Below, in pieces: positions 45,368 to 52,803 of a DNA stretch of 64,000 nucleotides. The position numbers and the translations under genes were made by a program. Under the pieces are notes generated by a model. It worked only from the letters and a program-made list of their open reading frames with translations. It was not told the origin of the DNA and did not search any database. This stretch comes from Thermodesulfobacteriota bacterium (GTDB taxonomy: Bacteria; Desulfobacterota; Desulfobulbia; Desulfobulbales; JAGXFP01): assembly GCA_039714535.1 (NCBI GenBank), contig JBDLJC010000011.1, forward strand, positions 3,184 through 67,183. Reading direction: 5' to 3'. Numbering within the stretch: the stretch's first letter is position 1; the number at the start of each line of letters is the position of its first letter.

Positions 45368-45508
45368 TCAATTAATTGGTTTGCACCGATCCCATTCAAG
45401 ACCAAGCATATCACAATGTGCAAAGGCGTTTTTGCTAAATGCGGGGGATAAAAGTCCGATTCCAATAAATGCCACAATGATGCGAGCCAAATAGTTTCTT
45501 GTAGCCAT
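45368..45508 (-). CDS. 46-aa secreted peptide absent from the ORF track (predicted mature form HCDMLGLEWDRCKPIN)
   Basis: An ATG lies 6 nt after a perfect AGGAGG. The product is MATRNYLARIIVAFIGIGLLSPAFSKNAFAHCDMLGLEWDRCKPIN, which has an n-region with Arg, a hydrophobic core and an AFA cleavage motif. A weak GGGG/CCCC hairpin plus T-run follows at 45311-45331. Confidence 0.55.
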   Translation of the reverse strand: MATRNYLARIIVAFIGIGLLSPAFSKNAFAHCDMLGLEWDRCKPIN

Positions 45509-45676
45509 TATTTTCCTCCTTCGTTTGCTCAGCTAACGAGTCTGTAGAAAAAGCATATCGACAAAAAAACATACTGCCCAGGCGAGCTTTATTTGCTCAA
45601 TAATTTTATTCAGATTTTAACTCCGATTGTTCTTGAAATTTACTTAATGCCTCAGTTAAATCCGATCTTTTCCTTT

Positions 45677-45961
45677 TCACTTTTCTGCAGTTACAGGGTC
45701 AATTATTCTGTGCACTTCGATTATTTTTGTAATAGGAAAACTGCTTCGCTGAGAATGCTCCCGAAGCAGCGCCTCGTTATCGGCTATGTAGATACAGAAT
45801 GTCTTATCACCTGTAACATAGGAATGCTCCCACTGAATGTTCTTCTGCTCTGTCTTCATCGCTGAGATTACACCATTGGACTTCTCCGCGGCTTCGCGTA
45901 GAGCATCACGGTCGGCTGAACCGATGCCCGGAATGTCGCGCTCGATTACGTATCGTGGCAT
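45677..45961 (-). CDS. DUF4242 (SCO4226-like) protein
   Basis: 94 aa. The sequence MPRYVIERDIPG, IQWEHSYVTGDKTFCIYIADNEALLREH, IIDPVTAE matches the DUF4242 pattern as I recall it. Confidence 0.7.
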   Translation of the reverse strand: MPRYVIERDIPGIGSADRDALREAAEKSNGVISAMKTEQKNIQWEHSYVTGDKTFCIYIADNEALLREHSQRSSFPITKIIEVHRIIDPVTAEK

Positions 45962-46005
45962 AGTCTTTCCTCCTAATGTTAAATGAAAGTGGTAACTGTT
46001 TATTT

Positions 46006-46512
46006 CTATTTGTCAGTACGGCAATATTTCATTATTTTGTGATCTTTTGCGTTAACCCCGTGCATTATTTCTTCACCAGTATAACGAGGCGTAATATGCT
46101 GGGGACAGTTCCAGTCGAATGCCTGAACTTCAAAAGTAATTAGGCGCTCAATAACTACATCATAGTCAGGTGTACTGAGCTTTTCAAATAGCTCCGGTGT
46201 TTCTTTTATTCCTGATATCGTTGCTGTTGCCCAAATTTTGAGCCTTTGCCGAGTAGGGTAATCGATGAGAAAAAGACAGACTTTATCGTTGAACTGAATA
46301 TTCCCAACACTTATGTATTGGCGGTTTCCGCTGTAGTCAGCAAAGCCGAAGGTAGAACTGTTGATGATCTTAAGGAATCCCTTGGGACCTCCACGGTGCT
46401 GTACGTAGGGCCAACTGTCTTCACCGGCGGTAGCCATGAAAAAGCTGTCCCTTGATTCAATAAACGAAACTTCGCGTTTTGATAAAACAATATCATCTTC
46501 TGCATTATTCAT
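46006..46512 (-). CDS. pyridoxamine 5'-phosphate oxidase family (FMN-binding split-barrel) protein
   Basis: 168 aa. SFFMATAGEDSWPYVQHRGGPKGFLKI and SGNRQYISVGNI are typical of PNPOx-related proteins. Confidence 0.7.
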   Translation of the reverse strand: MNNAEDDIVLSKREVSFIESRDSFFMATAGEDSWPYVQHRGGPKGFLKIINSSTFGFADYSGNRQYISVGNIQFNDKVCLFLIDYPTRQRLKIWATATISGIKETPELFEKLSTPDYDVVIERLITFEVQAFDWNCPQHITPRYTGEEIMHGVNAKDHKIMKYCRTDK

Positions 46513-46566
46513 GCTTCACCCAACCTATTTTCCAAGAGTGCAGTTTGCACTGATTTTCTCCTCTCT

Positions 46567-47406
46567 CTAGTGCTTGTTTCTTGCAACTGGCCCACGGCCA
46601 CTTCGGTTTATCGAATACTCTCCGATTTTACCAATAAATGGTAATGCAAGTAGCCAATGGAGTGTGAGTCGCTTAGGGTCCCGAAACTGAGAGAGCCCTA
46701 TTGTCATATCTTTATGACCAGCCGCTGGTTGTGGCCTATAAGTACCAAAGAGTCTGTCCCACCAAGGAAAATTAAAGCCGAAGTTACTGTTCGTTTCCCT
46801 GATGATAACTGAGTGATGCACTCGATGCATGTCAGGAGTTACAACTATAAGACGAAGCAACTTGTCAAAACCAGGATGCATTCGAATATTTCCATGGTTA
46901 AACATTGAGGTCCCGTTGAGGAGAACCTCAAAAAGGATTACAGCCAGAACCGGTGGGCCTATGATGACAACTGCTGCTATTTTAATACCCATTGACAGTA
47001 TAACCTCAAAGGGATGAAACCGGAGTCCCGTTGTGACATCTACATCTAGATCTGTATGGTGCATCATATGGAGCCGCCAAAAAATAGGAACGGAATGAAA
47101 CATAACGTGTTGGAAGTAGATGATAAGATCAAATGCAAGAACGCCGACAACAACTTTGAGAACATAAGGAAGGGAAGTTTGGTTCAAAATTCCCAAGGTG
47201 GTTTCATTTACAGCAAAGTTAACAGCAAGAACGGGAAATATCCCCCTGACAATGGCAGTTCCAAGTAGGGTAATGCTTATATTGCTAAGCCAACGCACGC
47301 TTTTAGAAGTGGTGAGCGGACGGCAGGGTGTAGCAAATTCCCATATGGCAATGGCTACAAAAATACCAATAAAAGCCGTAAGTCTTATTGATGCTTCATT
47401 TATCAT
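46567..47406 (-). CDS. fatty acid hydroxylase / sterol desaturase family membrane protein
   Basis: 279 aa, polytopic, with histidine boxes HVMFH, HMMHH and HRVHH. Confidence 0.8.
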   Translation of the reverse strand: MINEASIRLTAFIGIFVAIAIWEFATPCRPLTTSKSVRWLSNISITLLGTAIVRGIFPVLAVNFAVNETTLGILNQTSLPYVLKVVVGVLAFDLIIYFQHVMFHSVPIFWRLHMMHHTDLDVDVTTGLRFHPFEVILSMGIKIAAVVIIGPPVLAVILFEVLLNGTSMFNHGNIRMHPGFDKLLRLIVVTPDMHRVHHSVIIRETNSNFGFNFPWWDRLFGTYRPQPAAGHKDMTIGLSQFRDPKRLTLHWLLALPFIGKIGEYSINRSGRGPVARNKH

Positions 47407-47634
47407 AATAATTTAACCCTGGCCGACTAAAACTTTCTTGCCATTATTCGGCATCTCTTTACATTACATTAAAACCTAATTAATTATAAGGTGTCCACTT
47501 TTCGTGGGTAGCTTCGAAGCATAACGATTTGCATAACCAGCGGGCCACCGAACTTGAGCAGATAGGCCGCAAATGTTCTTCCCGGCTGAATTTATGCGAT
47601 TGTTAAAATGCGATTTGCTCAGTAGGTATAAGGG

Positions 47635-47692
47635 TTGACCTGGAAAAGTACATGTTGTATGTTGTGTACATAAGGTACAAAGGAGGTAGCCT
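47635..47692 (+). promoter_or_regulatory. Putative promoter and operator of the phd/relE module
   Basis: TTGACC (47635-47640), a 17-nt spacer, then TATGTT (47658-47663). Three GTAC cores lie at 47648, 47666 and 47675, the middle one inside TGTACA. SD AGGAGG is at 47681-47686. Confidence 0.45.
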
Positions 47693-47944
47693 ATGACCAC
47701 CACTGTTTCTACCGCAGAAGCTAGAAAACATTTTGCTGACCTTGTGAATCAGGTTGCATATGGCAAGGAGCCAGTCGTTCTGACTCGCCGTGGGCAAGAA
47801 ATTGCCGCTTTGGTATCTATGGATGAACTCGAATTGCTCCGGCAGATTGAAGACCATATTGATATTGAGGATGCCAAAAAGGCCCTTGCTGACCCCGGTG
47901 ACAACATTTCGGCTCAAGAAGTATGGAAACAGCTGGGGCTGTAG
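47693..47944 (+). CDS. type II antitoxin, Phd/YefM family
   Basis: 83 aa. The N-terminus MTTTVSTAEARKHFADLVNQVAYGKEPVVLTRRGQEIAALVS is classic Phd/YefM. The toxin gene starts 3 nt downstream. Confidence 0.88.
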   Translation: MTTTVSTAEARKHFADLVNQVAYGKEPVVLTRRGQEIAALVSMDELELLRQIEDHIDIEDAKKALADPGDNISAQEVWKQLGL

Positions 47945-47947
47945 CAT

Positions 47948-48214
47948 ATGCAGTATGAGGTAGAATTTCGACCATCCGTGCTTAAAAGCATGAAACGCTT
48001 GCCCAAACGGGATTTGGTACGCATTAAAAAGAAGATTGATGATCTTAGTGGTAATTTGCCAGATCCAAATATGACAAAGATGAAAGGGGAGAATCCTTTT
48101 CATAAAACTCGATTTGGTGATTACCGTATAATCTATGAAATTCATGACGATAGGCTTGTTATTCTTGTTTTAAAAATTGGCCACAGAAAAGACGTTTACA
48201 AAAACCTCCCATAA
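47948..48214 (+). CDS. type II toxin, RelE/ParE family
   Basis: 88 aa. The sequence FGDYRIIYEIHDDRLVILVLKIGHRKDVY is typical of RelE/ParE toxins. Confidence 0.88.
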   Translation: MQYEVEFRPSVLKSMKRLPKRDLVRIKKKIDDLSGNLPDPNMTKMKGENPFHKTRFGDYRIIYEIHDDRLVILVLKIGHRKDVYKNLP

Positions 48215-48354
48215 CTTTCACCTCGAATTTTCCTTTCAATTCTGTCGATTATTCAAGAATTTTAAAACGTTAAACTCAGCAGACGGCACCAATGAACTTT
48301 CCGCGATTAGCGCCGCAAACGATCTCGACGTCCGCTGTAGTGTTTTGTTAATTT

Positions 48355-48587
48355 TTATTTTTTAGGTGTATATACAATTGGCATACCATTCGCACCAACA
48401 GGGATGTAAACTGTTGTGTGATTTGGGGATCCTGCCATTTTCTCTTGTGCCTTAATCGCCTCATGTTGGAGGTAGTTTGCTGTGAGTGTTTGGTTGATTA
48501 TTTTTTGCGCTTCTGCAATACCCTTTGCTTCTTCTATTTTGATTTCAGCATCTTTTTGGGCAATTTCTTTTTGGACAGATTTTTCTT
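48355..48587 (-). pseudogene. C-terminal fragment of an SPFH/band-7 (prohibitin-like) protein, 5'-truncated by the IS
   Basis: It encodes EEKSVQKEIAQKDAEIKIEEAKGIAEAQKIINQTLTANYLQHEAIKAQEKMAGSPNHTTVYIPVG, which is only the coiled-coil tail of an SPFH protein. The apparent start codons of the ORF-track entry lie inside the IS inverted repeat. Confidence 0.65.
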
Positions 48588-49783
48588 CTAGCAGGCTGTT
48601 GAAAAACAATCATAAATCCGAGACAAATCAAGTCACCCAGGTTGCAATATAACCTCTTGATAATATTGAAAAAGGTTTGTCTCTATGCGTAGCCCCGATA
48701 GCCAACAGCAGAATCTTTTCAGTTATATTTCCCCGGAGGCAAGAGTTCCTCGGGATCATCCTCTGCGTCCGATTCAGCAGATGACAAACCTCGCGCTCAA
48801 AGAACTCTCTCCGATGTTTAAGGAGATGTATTCTTCTGTGGGGCGGCCTTCGAGAGCCCCGGAAAAACTCTTGCGAGCTCTTCTTTTGCAGATTCTTTAT
48901 TCAATACGCAGTGAACGGATGCTTGTCGAGCAACTCGACTACAATCTTCTTTTTCGATGGTTTGTTGGCCTGTCCATGGATGATCCAATCTGGAACCACT
49001 CCACTTTTTCAAAGAATCGGGATCGTCTGTTACAAACCGACGTGGCAGTCGCCTTTCTTCGGCTGGTTTGTGCTCATGCAGAAGATGCGGACCTTCTTTC
49101 CAATGAGCACTTTACTGTTGACGGCACATTAATCGAGGCCTGGGCTTCTTTAAAAAGTTTCCGCCCGACAGATCAAGCTCCATCCGACCGATCTGGTAGT
49201 GGCAGTGGTCGCAATACTGAGATCGACTTTCATGGGCAAAAACGCGCCAATGACACCCACGCCTCGACTACCGATGTTCCCGGTCGTTCGTCATCGAGCC
49301 ACCCTTGGAGCAGACAAAGGATATGACACCAAAGATTTTGTCAAAGAACTTCGTTGCTTGCAAACAACGCCCCACGTGGCTCAAAAGAAATATTCCGCCA
49401 TTGATGGCCGAACAACCAGGCACACTGGTTACAAAACAAGCCAGCGCGTCCGCAAACGAGTGGAGGAAATATTTGGCTGGATGAAAACAGTTGGAGTTTT
49501 ACGAAAAACCCGGCATCGGGGCGAAGAAAGAATAGATTGTATGTTCACCTTTGCCGCAGCAGCTTACAACCTTGTACGAATGAGAAATCTTGGATTGTGC
49601 GGTCCACCGTGAGCAAAACATTTACCATTTACGCCTAGCTATGGCTAAAATCCATAAAACTCTTTTGAGAGCGTGATTTTAGTCAAAAAACTCTTAAAAT
49701 TTTAGCGAAGATTGACTTTAAAATAACTCATGGGGATAAGAGCCCCCCCCCAATACGATGGATATTTTTCAACAGCCTGCTAG
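48588..49783 (+). mobile_element. IS5-family (IS1182-like) element, internally deleted
   Basis: The perfect 19-bp terminal inverted repeats are ctagcaggctgttgaaaaa (48588-48606) and tttttcaacagcctgctag (49765-49783). The outermost CTAG may belong to a palindromic target with a TA duplication. The element encloses a broken transposase. Confidence 0.8.
48685..49612 (+). pseudogene. IS5-family transposase, frameshifted and missing the central catalytic portion
   Basis: The N-terminal part is intact: QQNLFSYISPEARVPRDHPLRPI, LLRALLLQILYSIRSERMLVEQLDYNLLFRWFVGL, HFTVDGTLIEAWAS. The C-terminal part, TLGADKGYDTKDF ... RKRVEEIFGWMKTVGVLRKTRHRG ... AAAYNLVRMRNL, is in another frame. The two parts join at about 49275-49300, so tens of residues appear to be missing. 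Confidence 0.8.
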
Positions 49784-49789
49784 ACACCG

Positions 49790-52480
49790 TTATTGCTTCT
49801 TCGGATTATTTTCAATAATCACAATGCGGTTAAGTTCCTTGGTCTGGCGATGCAGAATATCGCCACAAAGGGTTTTAACTTGGATAGTGACTGGTCCAGT
49901 GTAATCTCCCAAGCCAAATGAAGCGGTCAGTGAATCCTGGCTACCGGTACCCCGGCCTGCTGTTATCTCCCGCACCTGGCTTTGCTGGCCATAATTGATG
50001 ATCACTTTACTCCCCACCCCGTAACGGTTGCAATTGTGATCGTTTATCCTGATCGCCAGCCAGTTATGGCTGCCCCCCTCATTATGGAGCAGGCGCACCC
50101 CCTCAGGACTAGCCACCAGTAAGTCAAGATAGCCGTCACCGTCATAATCGGCGCTGGCTGCGCCCCAACCGTTCTTTACTTCGGTACCGGCTAGCCAGGT
50201 CTGGTCAGTGAATCCCCCTTTACCGTCATTGATGTACAGATGTGAGGATCGATTTTGATAAACTGAAGTTACGTACAGATCCAGATCTCCGTCATAATCA
50301 GCATCGAATAATAGAGGGTCGGCGCTGGTCTCATCAAAGATGATGCCGGACTCTGTTAAATGATCAACGAATTTCGGTAACCTGCCGCCATTATTGATCA
50401 GAACCATACTTTGATCGGAAAATTTTATATAGCGAGGATGGGCTAGGTTTGAGGTGAAAAGGTCAAAATCCCCGTCCCCGTCCAGGTCACCACTAACGCT
50501 GCCAACGGAATGACCGTAAGATCCTGCTACCTCAAGTCCCTGCACCCCTGCCGATTCGGCAACATCAATTAATGAGCTATTTTCCTGGTTAAACCACAGA
50601 AAATTAGGGTCCAGGCGGTAATTAGAAACTAGTATGTCCAGTCGACCGTCACCGTTTAAATCGGACCAGATAACGCCCCGGCCGCACATGGCTTCCTCGC
50701 TGTCAATTTCAGCTATGACTTCTTTAAAGCCAGCCCCACCTTTATTCACTAGTAATTGATCCTGGCCACATTGCCCTCGCATCACCGTGCCATGTTCGTA
50801 ATTAGCCACATATATATCTAGATTACCGTCATTGTTCACATCCCCCCAGGCTGCGGCCTCGGTGCTGCCAACCAGACTGTCTGTCAATGATAAAGCGTCA
50901 GACTTGCTGAAGCGTACCCCCTCTTCATTATGAAGGAGGTAGTTGCCCCTATGGGAAGTAACGAAAATATCCAGAAAATGATCATTGTCATAGTCGCCCC
51001 AGACCCCGCCGTTTGCTCGGATGGGCATGGTCGGAATTATTTGATCTCTTTGGCTAAAACCGCCAGGCGATTGGTTAGCAAAAAGCCTGGTGCCGTCCAG
51101 TAACAGATCGTCGTCTCCATCATTGTCATAATCACCCCACGCTACTCGGCGGGCTTTGATCCCTCTTAAGCCAACACTTTTAGTAACGTCACTGAACCTT
51201 GGTCCCTCGTATTGCTCCTGAAAATAAGCAAGTGGTTCACCTGCAAAACTGTAATGATCCCTTAGCAAAACCCGTAAATGATTATTGGTCTCTGGTCTGT
51301 CGCTACCCTTGGCAAGAGCTGTTGCGAAGAACTGAACCGCCTGTTCTGCCCGTTCCTCTTTGAGCGCAATTATCCCAAGGAAATGATAAACCCCGGCCCA
51401 GTTTTTCTGCTTCAGCAGAACACCATCAAGAAGTTGCCTGGCCTTTGTCAATTCTCCTTTGCCCAGCCAGGCTCGACCCAGCAGGTAGTTATAGAGCAGG
51501 CGATTTTTATCGATTTCCTGCTGCCCGAGTGATTGGTTGAAGGGGAAGAGGGATCCATGCATAAGACCAGTAAGATTATTTTGCAAAAGCCTGATCGCGT
51601 GGTCGTAGTAGGTGCCATGCTCGATTAGCCAGCGAGCTACCGCCCTGTTAATCTGCGGGCTTGTGTGTTGGCCCTTTAAAACGATTTGGGCAATCCGCCA
51701 GAGATCCCGTTCGCCGCCCTGTTCTTTGAGCAAATTTTGTAATACAATTTGGGCAACTTTAGCGGCCATATTGCCCAGGGGGAAATTGCGGATATAACTC
51801 TCTGCCAAGATTATCTTCTGCTCGCTGTCAGGGTCGGCAGCAATTATTTCTTGTAATAGTGAACTTGAAATACGCTCAGCTAATGCTGGGTTAGCTTGAT
51901 TCTCGGCTAACCGCAAGATCAGCTTTAGACGTTTTTCCTCATTTTTCAGGTAATAATAGCCTAGGTATGCAGCATATAGCAGTTCATTCGAAGGAGCAGT
52001 GCGATCTAGAAATGTTTCAATTTCGGCCTGAACTTCTTTTTTTGTTGCCGTTGCTGCCCTGCTGATCTCTATTCGGGCTCCCCAGCAAAACCCTAAAGCA
52101 TTAAAATCCTCCTCAGCTTTTCCGGATAATTCTGCACATTCCTTTAAAGACTCTTCAAATCGGTCCATGTAAAATAAGGCTTTGGTGCGGCCATAGACCG
52201 GCTCAGATTGATCCGGCTCCAGAACTCCAGCTTTAGTGAATTCTACGAGGGCCTGGGAGTGACGCCTTTTGTTGAGATATTTCCAGCCTTGCGCCAACCG
52301 TGATTGATAATCGTTGGAAGCTGATTCGGAAGAACCAGGGTGTAAAGTTGTACATGAAATCAATGGCGCCATTAATAAATAAATAAACAGGTAGGTTATT
52401 AAATACTTTCTCCTAATGATCGTCAGCAGGATTAAGTTGGTGCTTTTTGTTGCTATGATATCTTCGCCGAACTTCATCAC
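49790..52480 (-). CDS. TPR plus FG-GAP/VCBS repeat protein with a C-terminal ASPIC/UnbV domain (CRTAC1-like), probable lipoprotein
   Basis: 896 aa with the lipobox LISC after a hydrophobic segment and an N-terminal TPR-like half. It has many GDYDNDG/GDLDGDG/ADYDGDG calcium-type FG-GAP repeats. The C-terminus NHWLAIRI ... NRYGVGSKV ... GTGSQDS is typical of UnbV_ASPIC. Confidence 0.8.
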   Translation of the reverse strand: MMKFGEDIIATKSTNLILLTIIRRKYLITYLFIYLLMAPLISCTTLHPGSSESASNDYQSRLAQGWKYLNKRRHSQALVEFTKAGVLEPDQSEPVYGRTKALFYMDRFEESLKECAELSGKAEEDFNALGFCWGARIEISRAATATKKEVQAEIETFLDRTAPSNELLYAAYLGYYYLKNEEKRLKLILRLAENQANPALAERISSSLLQEIIAADPDSEQKIILAESYIRNFPLGNMAAKVAQIVLQNLLKEQGGERDLWRIAQIVLKGQHTSPQINRAVARWLIEHGTYYDHAIRLLQNNLTGLMHGSLFPFNQSLGQQEIDKNRLLYNYLLGRAWLGKGELTKARQLLDGVLLKQKNWAGVYHFLGIIALKEERAEQAVQFFATALAKGSDRPETNNHLRVLLRDHYSFAGEPLAYFQEQYEGPRFSDVTKSVGLRGIKARRVAWGDYDNDGDDDLLLDGTRLFANQSPGGFSQRDQIIPTMPIRANGGVWGDYDNDHFLDIFVTSHRGNYLLHNEEGVRFSKSDALSLTDSLVGSTEAAAWGDVNNDGNLDIYVANYEHGTVMRGQCGQDQLLVNKGGAGFKEVIAEIDSEEAMCGRGVIWSDLNGDGRLDILVSNYRLDPNFLWFNQENSSLIDVAESAGVQGLEVAGSYGHSVGSVSGDLDGDGDFDLFTSNLAHPRYIKFSDQSMVLINNGGRLPKFVDHLTESGIIFDETSADPLLFDADYDGDLDLYVTSVYQNRSSHLYINDGKGGFTDQTWLAGTEVKNGWGAASADYDGDGYLDLLVASPEGVRLLHNEGGSHNWLAIRINDHNCNRYGVGSKVIINYGQQSQVREITAGRGTGSQDSLTASFGLGDYTGPVTIQVKTLCGDILHRQTKELNRIVIIENNPKKQ

Positions 52481-52592
52481 TGTAAAGTCAACCTAGCTGA
52501 AAATTAATCATGACCTACCATAGATTTTACAAGGTTGTCCTGTCGTAAAGCTACAGCATAGTTGGTTAAAAGAATATCTTCAGTCTATTTAT

Positions 52593-52630
52593 CTCTCGTT
52601 TTCTTATCTGGCAGCAGACAAGAAAACGAG
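52593..52630. promoter_or_regulatory. Perfect 12-bp stem-loop in the divergent region upstream of icd
   Basis: tctcgttttctt (52593-52604) pairs with aagaaaacgaga (52619-52630) around a 14-nt loop atctggcagcagac. Both flanking genes point away from it, so it is not a terminator for either. Confidence 0.5.
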
Positions 52631-52803
52631 AAAACCAGGTGAAGAAATATTCCCTTTAGGTCCGCACAACATCATGTTCTAAGATGATAATTGCAATCCC
52701 AAACCTTATATGCTATTAGCTTTCTTCACATCGTGCTATATTTGATTTCCCCATAGTTTCAGTATTTTCCCCAACCAGATTTGCTTTTTTAAAAGGAAAA
52801 AAC

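Noticed and set aside
45204-45371. N-terminal extensions of ORF-track entries: 56 codons on the DUF4197 gene from a TTG at 45371, 40 codons on the YyaL-like gene (23939-24058), 20 codons on the DUF47 gene (21604-21663), and 14 codons on the DUF2807 gene (44265-44306).
   Set aside because: Internal ATGs with good SD sequences give canonical signal peptides or family-typical N-termini. The extensions have no SD and odd composition. The 45204-45371 stretch instead holds the terminator-like hairpin of the small upstream ORF.
47476-47703. 75-aa minus-strand ORF, and other frames, in the 285-bp gap upstream of the TA module, considered as a gene remnant.
   Set aside because: There is no start or SD, no recognisable motif, and the alternative frames are interrupted by stops. 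It is most likely non-coding spacer carrying the TA promoter.
52605-52618. TGGCAG in the loop of the icd-upstream hairpin, considered as a sigma54 -24 element.
   Set aside because: There is no TTGC-type -12 element at the required spacing.
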